Source of the DNA: Podarcis cretensis
Lineage: Eukaryota
NCBI GenBank assembly: GCA_951804945.1
Contig: OX638149.1
Span: 48,794,001-48,858,000, forward strand
Length of the DNA: 64,000 bases
Direction: 5' to 3'
The translations under genes were made by a program, and so were the position numbers. The notes under the pieces were generated by a model, which saw only the letters and a list, made by a program, of their open reading frames with translations, ran no database searches and was not told the DNA's origin. Numbering within the stretch: the stretch's first letter is position 1; every line of letters begins with the position of its first letter. Shown piece after piece: positions 50,619 to 64,000 of this stretch.

Positions 50619-51538
50619 CTTTATATGCAGCAACTCCCACCTTCACTTTCTTGTTCACAGTAACAGCACTTTGGCATGACCTTGAAACTACTTTGTGTTT
50701 TGTGACTTGCCCTGAGATATTGTGACAAAGGGGCAGCCTACAAAAACAAACAAACAAACAAACAAACTAGGTAAACTGGGGTAATCAGGACCACAGCTGA
50801 CCTTCAAACCAGAACCCAGTTCAAAGCTTGCTTTCTAATTAGGGTTAGCGGTAATCACAGTTACTGCAAACCAGGAAACATAAGAGGGAATGGCTGTAGG
50901 CGGAGGGAGGAGCAAGGAGGGGCAAACAGCATTCAAGCAGGCCTGGGGCTCAGGATCCGAATGCTGAACAGACAAACAAAAGGATATGGGGCGTATGAGA
51001 GTACAAAGGTAAATTTGCATTAATTGCTCCTCCTACTTTTGCCTCTGGCCCCGGCTACCACAAATGCAGCTCTCAGGTTGAAAAAGATGCTCTCCCCCTG
51101 ATGTATAATACCTTAGTAGACTGGACGCATATTCTATTTCAAGTAAGGATGAGCTTGGGGGGAAATAACATCTCACACAGGTGAGAAACAATGGAAGGGA
51201 AGGGAAATCCCTCACAGGTATTGAGGTGACTGCGTTTCTTGGTTCTTATGGAACAACTCCATCTGTTATTTATTAGTTACTAATTCACAGCTGGAACCAG
51301 CGTGGGGAAGTGGTCAGTGTGTCAGACTAGAGCCTGGACCAGTCCCTGCCTACCTTAGGGGCCGTTGTGGGGATTAAACAAGTAGAGGCGAAGAACCATG
51401 AGCTCTTGGGAGGAAAAGGTATAAATGAAACAAAGTCTGTCTCGTGGCAATTGCATTGTTACCAAGGGCCACTAGAGGGAGCCCATGCTCCTCCAATACA
51501 ATAACTGGATAGTAACTTGTGGCTGGGATTGACTTAAT

Positions 51539-51700
51539 TCAGAATCACAGAATTGAGGAGTTGATAGGGACACTAAGGGTCATCTAGTCCAACCCCCTCA
51601 ATGCAGAAATCTCAACTAAAGCATCCATGACAGGTGGATATACAACCGCTGCTTAAAAACCTGCAACGAAGGAGAGCCCACCGCCTTCCAATGTAGTCAA
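51539..51700 (-). mobile_element. CR1 LINE 3' end
   Basis: AGAATCACAGAAT...GGTCATCTAGTCCAACCCC is the reverse complement of a CR1 terminus. Confidence 0.75.
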
Positions 51701-51726
51701 ACAGCTCCTATTTTCTTCCCCTAGAC

Positions 51727-51954
51727 CAGTGGTTCCCAACCTTTTTTTGGCCATGCTCCACCTAAGCATCTCTAAAATCCTGATTCCCACCCCCCACCCC
51801 CACCCCCCGGTGACATATAATTCTTATTATTCAAAAAGTGAAGCCCTATTCATGTGGAGAAAGCCTAAAAGGCTTTCATGTGGAGAAAGCCTAAAAGACG
51901 ATTAATAACTCATTTTTGAATTGCCCCTCTTAAAAATCAAATTGGGAACCATGG
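51727..51954. mobile_element. hAT MITE
   Basis: TIR CAGTGGTTCCCAA / TTGGGAACCATGG; perfect TSD CCCTAGAC; internal tandem duplication with a 26-bp period. Confidence 0.85.
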
Positions 51955-53651
51955 CCCTAGACCCTCCATTTTTATTTTTTACTTTTGTTAGATAAGGAAA
52001 CAAGGAAACTATTGATGTTTGTGTCAGCAAGCTTTTGGGTCAGGCCTCCTTGCAGAACATTGTACTGCCCATGCTGTGTATGCATTCCTAGCCACAGACA
52101 CCAACAGCATTAGTGCAAGTTGAGGCCAGTGGTTGTGCAACTCAGTCACCACAATTGACCACTGGCTGCACACAAGCCACTAAAACATTTGAAAGGGCAT
52201 GATAAAAGGCATTTTTCACAGTCTTTGAGCAAAGTTTCTGTAAAAAGCCAGTGGCAATTACATACTTATTTTTACATTTATATACCACTTTTTTCTTCCA
52301 AGTAGCTCAAGGTGGTGTGACATGTTTCATCCTCACAACCATCCTGTGAGTTAGGTTAGGTTAAGAGATGGTGGCTGGCCTAGTGAGCTTCCCAGCTAAG
52401 TGGGGATCCAAACTCTGGTCTCCCAGGTCATAGGTCCAACACTCTAACCATTCACCATACTGGCTTCATTACAGGAATGGAATCCAGAATTTGGCCTGCC
52501 TTCGACTTCTTGCATGTGCAAATGAGTTTGACACACCAAGGAGACTTCTCCCCACTACCACACTTCTCTGTCTTCAAGAAAGAAAGAAATCCAGGAGGCA
52601 TTTTAACGGATTAGCAGCACAACATTATGAAAAGAGATTTATGCAAGGGCAAAGTCATGTTACAACCATCTGCCTAGGCTGACTTGCCTGATAGCTGGTA
52701 GCTACTCCAAGGTGCTGGGATGTGCAGGCCTCACCGACAGCAGAGTGTGTTCAGATGCTAATACTGTGTGCTTATTGAGGAAAGCCAGGAGGGGAGGGAG
52801 CCACCTGAATTTGGGCAATAAATAAGAAGAGGTAAATTTTGCCGCTGGCTAACAAGAAGCTGCCTTGGGAAAGCTATATAGGTATCCTATTGTTTTAAAG
52901 AGCTTCAAAAGTGTAGCAATGTCTATCTGCCGCCGCCACCCTGCCCTGCTTGTGAATTTGTAAACAAACCCCATAAAAAGCCTGTTAAGTCCTCAGACCT
53001 CTTGCCTTGCAAGAGAACCAACTCGGTGGAAGGCTGCCCTTGAAACGTCCTGCCACTCTGAGGAAGTGGGAAGCACAAAAATGGTATACGAGAAGCATGT
53101 AGTTTTTGCAGCCAAAGCGGAATAAATACAGATAACTGCCTCCTAAGCGGCCACCCTATGCTTAGGGGAACTGCCTGCACATAAGCTGAGGAGCGTTTTG
53201 GTCATACTTGCATATTCAACCAGAAACCCAAGGAAGCAGAATAGGAATATCATTCCTCTCACCACAATGAAAAAAAGACTCTCCTCTTGTGTAAATGGAG
53301 GTCAAACTAGTCTCCTAGTCTGAAAGGTTTGGCCAAACATTCTTTAAGAGTAAACTATGGAGTATTGACAAAGCACATCTAACTGGGAGTCTCAGCTGAT
53401 GGGACGGAGCAGCTGGCAGACAAGTCATAACATGCTTGGCAAAATGGCTCCTCTCCCCTCAGGAATGGCGGCAAACCACAACCTCCACCAATGGAGAGTG
53501 TTCTAGTCACCACCCATCATTCCCTCAGAAAGAGCGCACTGCCAGTGGGCATCTCAATTCTGCCTCCTCATCGCAACAATTTGGTTTTTGGCCGAGTGGA
53601 ATAGTGGCAAGCTGAGTTCAGACTCTCCCTCCCAAGAGAAGGAGCAAAAGT

Positions 53652-53806
53652 TCACTTTTTGTTGCCTGAGGAGGAGCTCTGGCGCGATATCATGATCTGA
53701 TAGATGGTCTCCCGGAAGTGCTGGTCCTGAGTCAGCCTCTTGGCCGCTTGCTTCAGGTCTTCTATGCTCTCGGCCTCCGAATACATGAACGACTGGGACT
53801 GCCGCA
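53652..53806 (-). CDS. PLEKHD1: PLEKHD1 last coding exon ((L)RQSQSFMYSEAES...SSSSGNKK*)
   Basis: Acceptor TTTTCAG|TG; phase matches the previous exon; similar to recalled human C-terminus (SQSF...AKRL..DQ.FRE.IY.IM); TGA at 53654-53652. Confidence 0.88.
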
Positions 53807-53934
53807 CTGAAAATGAAAACAGCACATAACACTTAGTGCCGGTAAAGAGCCACACCAGGCGAGGAATGGGGTTGTTGAATCTGGAAGCTATTATGATAAA
53901 GTTTGACCTAGGTGGTGTTTAGCAGAAATGACTG

Positions 53935-54195
53935 AGGGCTCGTCCACACAACTGCTCATCCTGCCACTTTCCCCAGGGTAAACCTGCTGTTTACTGCTGA
54001 ATCAGAACAAACATCAATCGGTTTTTCTGAAGACTGGCAAATTTGTTCCAATTCATTTGTAAGCAGTGGGTTTTCCCGGGGAAAGCAGTGGGACACACAA
54101 AAAACTGCTCAGACACATGCCTAGGAAGCTCAAGACAAGCAGAAAACCTCTTGGACTGATGCTTTCTAGGCAAGGGACAAGCGGAAGTGTGGCCT
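53935..54195. mobile_element. PIF/Harbinger-like MITE, uninterrupted relative of 57390-58233
   Basis: GGCTCGTCCACAC end and collinear interior. Confidence 0.6.
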
Positions 54196-54283
54196 TGAGA
54201 CCCCATTGTATGCATATAATTCAGTGCAAAGGCCAAAGAAGAAAGGTCAACTCACTCAGCCACAGGGGCTCACAGGCCCATCA

Positions 54284-54655
<372 letters not shown>

Positions 54656-54744
54656 TCAGTTCAGATGGATGTAGCATTTTGGAAAATCTCCTTGAGGAGA
54701 TTCAGTTCTGGCTGACGAGGATCAACAGTAGGCTTCTGCTTTCA

Positions 54745-54990
<246 letters not shown>

Positions 54991-55058
54991 TCAACCAACC
55001 AATAAAAATAACCCAGGGAAAGAAACAAAACACCAAAAGACAAACGTAAGCAAGGACT

Positions 55059-55126
55059 TTTCCTTCCTTCCTTCCTTCCTTCCTTCCTTCCTTCCTTCCT
55101 TCCTTTGCGCTCTCTCTCTCTCTCTC
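55059..55126. repeat. (TTCC)n plus (CT)n microsatellite
   Basis: Read directly from sequence. Confidence 0.9.
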
Positions 55127-55218
55127 TTTCCCTGTCCTCTTCTAAGGCACATCTGGGAACTTGTATGCTGTGACCTACTTCAGGCATAATTTATTTAATT
55201 ATGGTATGGATTGTATTA

Positions 55219-55443
55219 CAGTGGTACCTCAGGTTAAGTACTTAATTCGTTCCGGAGGTCCGTTCTTAACCTGAAGCACCACTTTAGCTAATGGGGCCTC
55301 CTGCTGCTGCCACGCTGCTGGAGCACGATTTCTGTTCTCATCCTGAAGCAAAGTTCTTAACCCGAGGTAATATTTCTGGGTTAGCGGAGTCTGTAACCTG
55401 AAGTTTATGTAACCTGAAGCATATGTAACCCAAGGTACCACTG
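55219..55443. mobile_element. Tc1/mariner-type MITE
   Basis: TIR CAGTGGTACCT, TA TSD; same family as 17186 and 24567. Confidence 0.9.
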
Positions 55444-55722
55444 TATATAAGTTGTTCATCTAGGGTATGTATTTATCTATTTAAAATACGTTTTTTGGGC
55501 CATGCCAGTCAACATTCTGTGTGAAAGTACTGGGAGGAACGCAATTGTGCCAGACCTTTGAGGAGAGAGGAGTGTCCTTCATAACGTTTGGTGCCTTGGG
55601 GTAGGTTACTTGGCTCCTAATGTATACCTTTCTTTTATATTGCTTTTATTGTGAAGTTCATGTGTTATGTGTGTAGGAATAGGCCATATAACTTTTTGAA
55701 CAAAGAATATACCTTCAGCTGT

Positions 55723-56135
55723 TGTCAGGGAACTGACATCGGAGCGAGAGGTGGAGGCAAGGCTCCCAAGCGATGCAGAAGAGGGGACCAGCAGAGGGGA
55801 AGGAATTCAGCGCAACACCAGTAGAGAAGGGAGGGAGATGGAGGATTCGGAGAGGGGTCTCCAAGACTCTTTGCCCGAGACTAGTGGAGAGAGCACCGGC
55901 ACGCCTCTGCCCACTCCTTCCTTGCGCAGAAGAGTTCCGCGCAGGGAGAGTAGGCGGAGACTTGGCGTCAAACAACTTCTATGCTGGAAGAGGTTCAAGA
56001 AACGCCCACTGACGGATTCTGCAAGCGACTGAACGGCCACGGAGTGAAGGGCTGTCAGCCGAGGCATGGTTAGCCAGGCAATCTAGCCGAAAGTAACGGC
56101 AACTTACGCACAAGTAACCCCTTATAACCATTACA
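55723..56135 (+). mobile_element. Solo LTR (probably Gypsy) in a PLEKHD1 intron
   Basis: TGT...ACA ends with perfect 5-bp TSD GCTGT (55718-55722, 56136-56140); CpGs retained. Confidence 0.75.
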
Positions 56136-56610
56136 GCTGTTGGCAACAGAGAGCGAAGGATAATGAGATTGTTTGCTGAGCCTAAAGCAGAAGCCAAATT
56201 GGTGTACAACTCTATGCTATCAGTAGGGATGGGTGAATCAGTCAATTTTAGATTCTCTCAGTTTCTCATTTTTCCAATCTTAAGTTCAGTTATGCAGATT
56301 TCCACATTAGCTTGTGATATATATATTTTCAAAAAGTCCTGATGAACATTTATCAGCATTTAAGTACAAATTTCTACAATTTTGCCCAATATACGCATAT
56401 TTGCAAAGCAATTCCCCTAAATATAATGCATTTTTAATGTCATTTTCACTAATATATGCATTTTGCTTTGGCTCAATATATGCATTTTTGTCACATTACT
56501 TGGGATTGCAACATTCAGGGAAGTGTAACTTCTCTGAATGGTTCACAGGATGGCTGTGTTCCAGTTCTCGTATGGTTTGGGAAAGGGCAAATTAGGTAGA
56601 GTCCCCTTTA

Positions 56611-57009
<399 letters not shown>

Positions 57010-57136
57010 TCAAGGGAGGAATGAATACAAAAAGCCACAGATGCCAAGTCGCCCGCTTCTTTCAACCATCAACCAGGTTGTGAACAGGGAATCCTGCCTG
57101 TTTGGAAGACTCTCCTCCCCACCCAGCCACCCCTCA

Positions 57137-57355
<219 letters not shown>

Positions 57356-57389
57356 TTACAATAATTCAAACAAACTTTCTGTTCATATA

Positions 57390-58233
57390 GGGGGCTCGTC
57401 CACACTTGCTCTTTCCCTGCCACTCTCCCCTGGGTAAACCTGCTCTTTACCGCTGAATCGGGGCAAACATCAATTGGGCTTTCCGTGGATGGACATTTTC
57501 TCTGATTCAGCAGGAAAGAGCAGGTTTTCCTGGGGAAAGTGGCAGGGCATATGGAAAACCACTTGGACCTGTGTCTAAAAAGCACAGGTGTGATGGCCTG
57601 GGATTCCGATTCAGAGGCTGAACCAGAGGAATCCCAGCCTGCACAGGAGTCCCTGCCTCCAGGGCTGGCTGAATTGGGGCAGGACCTGGATTCTGAAGCG
57701 CCTGCACCTATGTCAGATCCTCAGGAGCAGGCACCAGGTGATCCCATTCTGGCTCCAGAGGTGGTTGAGGACTCAGTGCCTGCAGGTGAGTCTCCCCCTG
57801 GGCCCAGTAACCCTTTAGCCTCTCCTGAACTGCAGAGACTCAGGGCAGAGAGGCGAAGGGAACTGGTTGCTCCCAGGAGGAGTGCTCGCCTTAAGGCCAA
57901 GAGAGGCGGGTCCCCTGGGGGCCGGGACCGCCCCTGGCCTCAGAACAGATAAAGGCCAGTCGGCCCGGTCCCAGGTTGTGGGAGCAACGTCGTTGTTGAG
58001 TTCCTGTTCCTGCCTGGACCCAGACCCAGACCTGACTCTTCAGTGCTCCTGTCCCCGCCCGGCTTCCTGTTTCGGACCTCACCCCACTCCTTGTGGACTG
58101 ATTCCAGGCTAGTGACCCAGGACCGGACTTTGACTACGCCTACGGTAACCTTCCCCCTGGGATCAGCACAACGGGGCAAGCAGAGAACCTCTTGCTTGCT
58201 AGGAATGGGACAAGCCAAGTGTGGACGAGCCTT
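57390..58233. mobile_element. PIF/Harbinger-like MITE interrupted by a solo LTR
   Basis: 16-bp TIR GGCTCGTCCACACTTG / CAAGTGTGGACGAGCC; uninterrupted relative at 53935. Confidence 0.7.
57589..58170 (+). mobile_element. Solo LTR (probably Gypsy)
   Basis: TGTG...CACA ends; TSD ACAGG/ACGGG; absent from the relative of its host MITE at 53935. Confidence 0.75.
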
Positions 58234-58282
58234 TAGTTGCAGTATGAAAAGTAGAGTCGCTACATTTCCCTTGATAGCAGTC

Positions 58283-58341
58283 CTTTAAACACACCCTCGA
58301 TAAATAGAAACTTTAAACACACCCTCGTTAAATAGAAACTT
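58283..58341. repeat. 28-bp tandem duplication
   Basis: CTTTAAACACACCCTCG(A/T)TAAATAGAAA twice. Confidence 0.9.
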
Positions 58342-59069
58342 TGCAGCTTGACCCTTTCTCATCACTGCATCTCAGTAACAGAAGAAACTTGAGCAGCATA
58401 ATTTCTATCTCTCATTCAGCATTTAGGCAGGCAACCCTTGAGATTACATGGGAAATGTATCATGTGAACAAAGAAAACCCATAATTCTGAGAGTGACTTT
58501 CCAAGACAATTATACCAGGAGATATAATTAATTTGTTGATAGACGATTTTGTTGATTTCAGTGTCTATTTCTATTTTTTCCCAGTCTTGACATCCGTTCT
58601 TCCCATTTCCACATCTCTGTGGTTTTTAAAAATGAAGAATTCAAAATTCATACACATCTTCAAGTACATTTCTCCTAAAATAATGCCATTTTGCCAAGTA
58701 TACACACTTTGGAATGCTTTTTGTGATTGGTAAGCAGCATTCCAAAATTCAGAGAAGTGCAACATTTCAAGGAATGAAATGTTCAAAGAGTTTTGGTTCA
58801 TGTATTGGTTCAGGAAATGAAAACTGGGTATTAACGTGTGAGTCACAAAATGTATTGCAAAAAGCCCAGGAGCCATTGTACGATCTCCTAAAACATCCCC
58901 GCCATGAATAAGGGAATTGTGCTATAAGCAAAACATCTTTCCTTGAAGCCTTAAGATTTTAGTTCTTACTGTATAGATTAAAAACTCATTCTGAAATGAT
59001 TTCCATGGAAAACAGTTGCTAGATCTTAAAGGCTGCCATCTGGAGAGAGGTGGAAAGTAAGACACCTAC

Positions 59070-59163
59070 TTCCAGGGTCTTCTGCAATGTCTCTGTCAGG
59101 TTTCGGAGTCCTTTCTTTTCCTCCTCCACTCCTTTGAGGGACTGGGCAGTCATCTCCAGCTCC
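59070..59163 (-). CDS. PLEKHD1: PLEKHD1 coding exon (ELEMTAQSLKGVEEEKKGLRNLTETLQKTLE)
   Basis: TTTTCCAG| acceptor, |GTAGGT donor, 94 nt, phase 2-0. Confidence 0.9.
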
Positions 59164-59753
59164 CTGGAAAACAACCAGTTGGGGGAAGAAATTTTGATTC
59201 GTGCAGCCTTCGCCAACCTAGTGCCCTCCAAATGTTTGGGACTACAACTCCCATCAACCTTGGTCAGCACAGCTGGTGGGGGGGTCTGGGCAGGCAGGCC
59301 CGGCTTTGCAAGAAACAGCCTTGCAAGTTGCACGTTCACCATGACAGCACTAAGGTAACTATTACTAGAGTTTGGTAAATATTTTGCAGCTGTGTGCCGA
59401 AAGACAGCATCTGGTAAAAATGCTGCTTGAAAGAATAGCAAAATTTAAGGCTTATTAACTTCAGATTAGGAAAGTCATTCTGAGCACAAGAAAAACCTGA
59501 AGGCCATATCCAAAAGAGGAGCCCAAATTGCCAAAGGAGGAGAATACATGTATTGATATTATATGGAGGTCAATGTACAAGAACTAGGCCAGTGGGGGAC
59601 ACAAGGATAGTTAAGAAGCAATGGGATGTACCAGGAAATAAGGGCTTTCAGTGAGGGCTTGCTAAGGTGGCCATTCCCTCAAGATAATCACCCCTAGCTC
59701 CAATGAAAGGACCCACTTTTTCACCAGGCCGCTTTAGAGTTTAGGTACTATTA

Positions 59754-59903
<150 letters not shown>

Positions 59904-61231
59904 TTATCTCATACTGTGTCAGGTGCTGACATGTGGAAAACATGACAAATGTATCTGTGGAAAACATTTCCATGTAGAAGAGAACACAAACCTTGCACAG
60001 GTATCGTCACACAACGTTTGCTGTATGCAAACACACAGAATGGGGTAATAGCAAATCACACTTTCACCATGGCCTGGTTCTCAATGAACTAAGCCATCGT
60101 TTGTGAAACTGAACTATAACTAGACCTACTCTGGTCAGCTAACTATGGTTTGTTTGTAGCCAACAAACCAGAACATGAAACCATGGTTTAAAGATGGCTT
60201 ACAAATTTAGGGGTGAGTTAACTTAGTTTCTCTTTGTGTCTACACCCACTATCCTGGCATGTTCTGGTTCCTCACCCCAGATGACTGCCAGGCTACAGAG
60301 CTGCAAGGCTAGAGCATTTTGAAAACAAAACCAGCACAGGGTGAAATAAAGCAACAGTTCCTTTGCCTGTGTGCAAGATTTAATCTAGTTTATTTAACAA
60401 ACTATAGTTAAAACAAACTATGACTAAGGGTAAAGCGAGAATGCAGCCAATGTGTGCATATGCAGCAACAAATGCACAATACAAATCCATACGTTCAGTG
60501 ATCAGTAGGGACAACCATATTATAATTTCCAATATGGAAGTGCTCTCCACAGAGAATTTTAGGAAAGGAGGGTAAACCTGTGGTTTTCCAGCTGCTGCCT
60601 GACTCTCTCAGCCCCAAACAGCATGCCCAATGGTCAGGGAGGGATGACTGGGAGCTGCAGTCCAGCAATAGCTGAAGGCCCACAGGCTCCCCACCCCTGC
60701 TTTAAAGAGATGCCATCAAGGTGTGTCCAGGATGACCACTTTTTAAAAAAAAAAAATTGAAGCACTATATGAACAACATTCTTGTATTTTTCTGCCTATG
60801 CATTTATTTTTAAAAAATAAATAATCATTTGTGACGTGCAAACTGATCTGGGGAAAATTTATTGATGCAATGATGAGGCATGGTGTGAATAGCAGCTAGT
60901 GCTTCAAAACTTGCAGAACTATTCCCCCTCCCCAAGTATTCTATCTATATTTAGATAGAATGAAGTTGGTGTGCTTCCAGGAAAGCCTTTAAAAGTGTTG
61001 CATCTGCCTTCACGCTAAGAAGAGATCATGATACTGTACAATCACTGGACCCCAAGCTGCCCCATAATTTTATTATCACAGATTTTCCTAAAACCCCAGA
61101 CGCCCTTCACTCTGAACGTCTGGAGGGGGGGCAGGCAAAAAATGTAACTTGTTTCTATTGCATTAAATGGAAGTCTTGCTCTTACGCATGTTGTCAATAA
61201 ACAAAGTCAGAAAGTTAAAAGGAGAATAAAC

Positions 61232-61284
61232 CTCTCTCTGCTCCCTCTGTAGACACAGCTCTTCCGTCTCTTCCATCAGTTTAT
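61232..61284 (-). CDS. PLEKHD1: PLEKHD1 coding exon (DKLMEETEELCLQREQRE)
   Basis: TTTGCAG| acceptor, GAG|GTTTAT donor, 53 nt, phase 1-0. Confidence 0.88.
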
Positions 61285-61971
61285 CTGCAAACAGACAGGG
61301 AAAAGTGAATGGAAGCAAATTGCTTAAGACAGTTGGACAGAAATTGCATGGACCTTGAAACACAGCACAGCGAGAACCTCGCTTCTTGCATATTGTGCTG
61401 TGATTATTTGAATTTACTATGATGAGATTGCTTTCATGTGTTCTCGTCTCCCACCAGTCTCCTGCCAAATGAATTATAGATGACAACAACAACATGTTCA
61501 GCCTTTAGTGCCTTCCTTCCAAGGGGGTCATTGTCTACTAATGTACCTAGATTTACAACTCCTCTCATCAAGTAGGATGGCATCACTGCCTTCATTTAAC
61601 GGATGGTTAAGAAGAGTACACACTGAACAAGGTCAGCAGCAAAGCAGTGAAAAGGCTCACTCCTAGTCCTTAAGGGGCTTTGACTGTGTTCATACACTTG
61701 GGGGAGGACGCACGCACTGTGAAACAACAGCACAGTGTTTCCAGCTCCCATGCAAATGTTTCAGGGTGGGATTTGCATGAGAACAAGTGGGTGGGAGGTG
61801 CTTAAATTTCCCATTGCCTGATTCCAGTCTATTAATTCACCACTCAGAAAGCCCAGCCCCTTACCCCAACTGGCCTCAGCAATCCAAACCCAAGATTTGC
61901 CAGGATGGGATAGATGGTTGAGCTGGCTGAGCCTGGACTATACCAGTCCCCCATCCTCCGTCAGCTAAAGA

Positions 61972-62077
61972 CAGGCACCCCCAAACTCGGCCCTCCAGAT
62001 GTTTTGGGACCGGTGGTCAGGGATGATGGGAGTTGTAGTCCCAAAAACATCTGGAGGGCCAAGTTTGGGGATGCCTG
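61972..62077. mobile_element. Short hAT MITE
   Basis: TIR CAGGCACCCCCAAACT / AGTTTGGGGATGCCTG; TSD GCTAAAGA/GCCAAAGA. Confidence 0.85.
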
Positions 62078-62206
62078 GCCAAAGATATGCTGGTATAAGT
62101 CCCGCATCCGGGCTTAGTCAGGGTTCAGCTCAAGCCGACTAAGCCAGGGTGAATCCCTAAAGAAGAGGCCTTCTGGGAGAGGGGAAGGAAGTTTTTAATA
62201 TTCTGT

Positions 62207-62262
62207 TGGAAACTGCCCAGGGTAGTTGAGGCAACCCAGTCAGATGGGTGGGGTATGAGTTA

Positions 62263-62305
<43 letters not shown>

Positions 62306-62324
62306 TTATTATTATTATTTTATT
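62207..62324 (+). repeat. L2-type LINE tail plus (ATT)n microsatellite
   Basis: GGCAACCCAGTCAGATGGGTGGGGTAT followed by (ATT)n. Confidence 0.75.
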
Positions 62325-63048
62325 AGCACCTCCCCATTCCAAACTCCAGTCACTCAGACATATGTGACCTTGCATCCCAGAAGTTACACTGCCAAAAAAG
62401 GTGGTGAAAGTCAAACTGTCCCACATCTGTCAGTAGTAGCTCCACTCCCAAACAGAGTTTGGGCTAGAGATTAGTTACATTTGCATAATTTACCCTGCAT
62501 AAATGATGCTGTCTTCCTATAGTCTGGAATGCTCTGTCCCTGTGCTTTGACATAGGAGGGGCACCACAAAGGCCTTCCCTACTTGATCTCGATGGGCAGG
62601 TGTCAGGCTACGACAGGAGCGGGAAATGTTCTCCTGAAAATGCCGCCCCCCCAGTCACATTAACTTGGAAGCTTCCATCACAACATCAAACGAATATCTT
62701 TGAACCTAGGAACGGTCTGCACTCCCAAGGCACTCATTAACTCTGCTTTATTTTTGTCTGCTGTAATAGCTTAGTAGAACATGCTGCTTAATTGAGGTCA
62801 CTGGTGATGAGGTGTTGAAGGTACACAGGCAAAACTGTTAACTCAGCCACCATTACAGAAAGAAGGTAGGCACCTGGGATGCTGCATATGGGGGAGGGGG
62901 AGGTCATTACACCTGTCACACACACCCCAAGAACATGTTATAAAGCACACTGTACACTGATGTCGCTGTACAAATGATACAATGCATTAATCATATACTG
63001 ATTTGTGCTGCTGATACGCTATTCCTCCCTGAGGACTAGCGGCTGTTA

Positions 63049-63258
<210 letters not shown>

Positions 63259-64000
63259 TCACAAACACTGAACAGAGAGGGAGAGAGATGGCCTGTGAAA
63301 AAATGGCGAGCGTGGGCAGCCTGTTCCCCAAGTACATTAACCTGAACAGATAGGCTACCAGTTGGAGATAATGAAAACAAATCGCCAACACGACGATGGA
63401 TCAGGAAACTCATTTCTCTCCAGAGAACAAAATGGCAATAAAAGCTTGGGGCCGAAGTAATTCATCAAGTCCTTTTAACCATCTCTTTCAATTTCCTAGG
63501 CTTTCTGCAGCTCTCGTAGCTCCAAAACTCTCCCCTTGTGTCCCACAAATCACAACCCTCCTGATTTCCATCCACAGGCAGATTCTACATCCTGAAATGC
63601 TGGAAACGTGAACCCCAAAGCCTGGATGTAGGCCGGGACCACACCCAGATTTCAGCGCAACAGATGGATCCAGAGCTCAGGATTGATGAATAATTTGAAT
63701 TAACTGCCGGGGAAGCCTGAGTGCTCTGTTGCTGTTATCTGAACCTTCCAGGCCTCTCGGTTTGGTGCTCAGGACACTCTGCAGATGACACCCTTTCTCC
63801 CTGGGCCACACCATCACTGCCCCTACTTCGCACCAGCTTCTGAGTGCTTCTGGTCGGCCGGAATGTGTCTTTAAACTGTGACGGTGCTTCTTGCTTATCC
63901 AGATGGGTGCAGGGTTACCTGTGTGCATGGACATGCATGTAGAAATCAGTGGTGTTTGTGTGGCTCCAATCTACTTTACAATAGGTTTTGACCTATAAAG

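Overview
Vertebrate genomic DNA, very probably from a squamate reptile (lacertid-like lizard), judged from Sauria SINEs with ACCTTT tails and typical lizard hAT, Tc1 and CR1/L2/L1 repeats. It holds the conserved block SUSD6(KIAA0247)-CCDC177-PLEKHD1. (1) A CpG island at about 12.5-13.9 kb contains a probable non-coding first exon of a minus-strand gene whose first intron runs off the left edge; I assign it to SUSD6 by synteny only. (2) CCDC177 lies on the + strand, with a non-coding exon 1 in a CpG island at about 25.8-26.4 kb and a single coding exon with CDS 27552-29657 (701 aa). (3) The last nine coding exons of PLEKHD1 lie on the - strand (63148 down to the stop at 53652), all with GT-AG boundaries and consistent phases. 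The rest is intron or intergenic DNA dense in transposable elements, many with readable TIRs/TSDs and nested inside each other. I found no convincing new multi-gene system. The most notable details are an L1 insertion whose 5' junction carries an inverted copy of its own target site (perfect 42-bp inverted repeat), two near-identical neighbouring Sauria SINEs, a compound MITE carrying a captured LINE tail, Penelope-like hammerhead-motif remnants, uORFs and poly-Ala tracts in CCDC177, a tandem splice donor that could give PLEKHD1 an alternative C-terminus, and CTCF/RFX motifs. Homology calls come from recall, not database searches.
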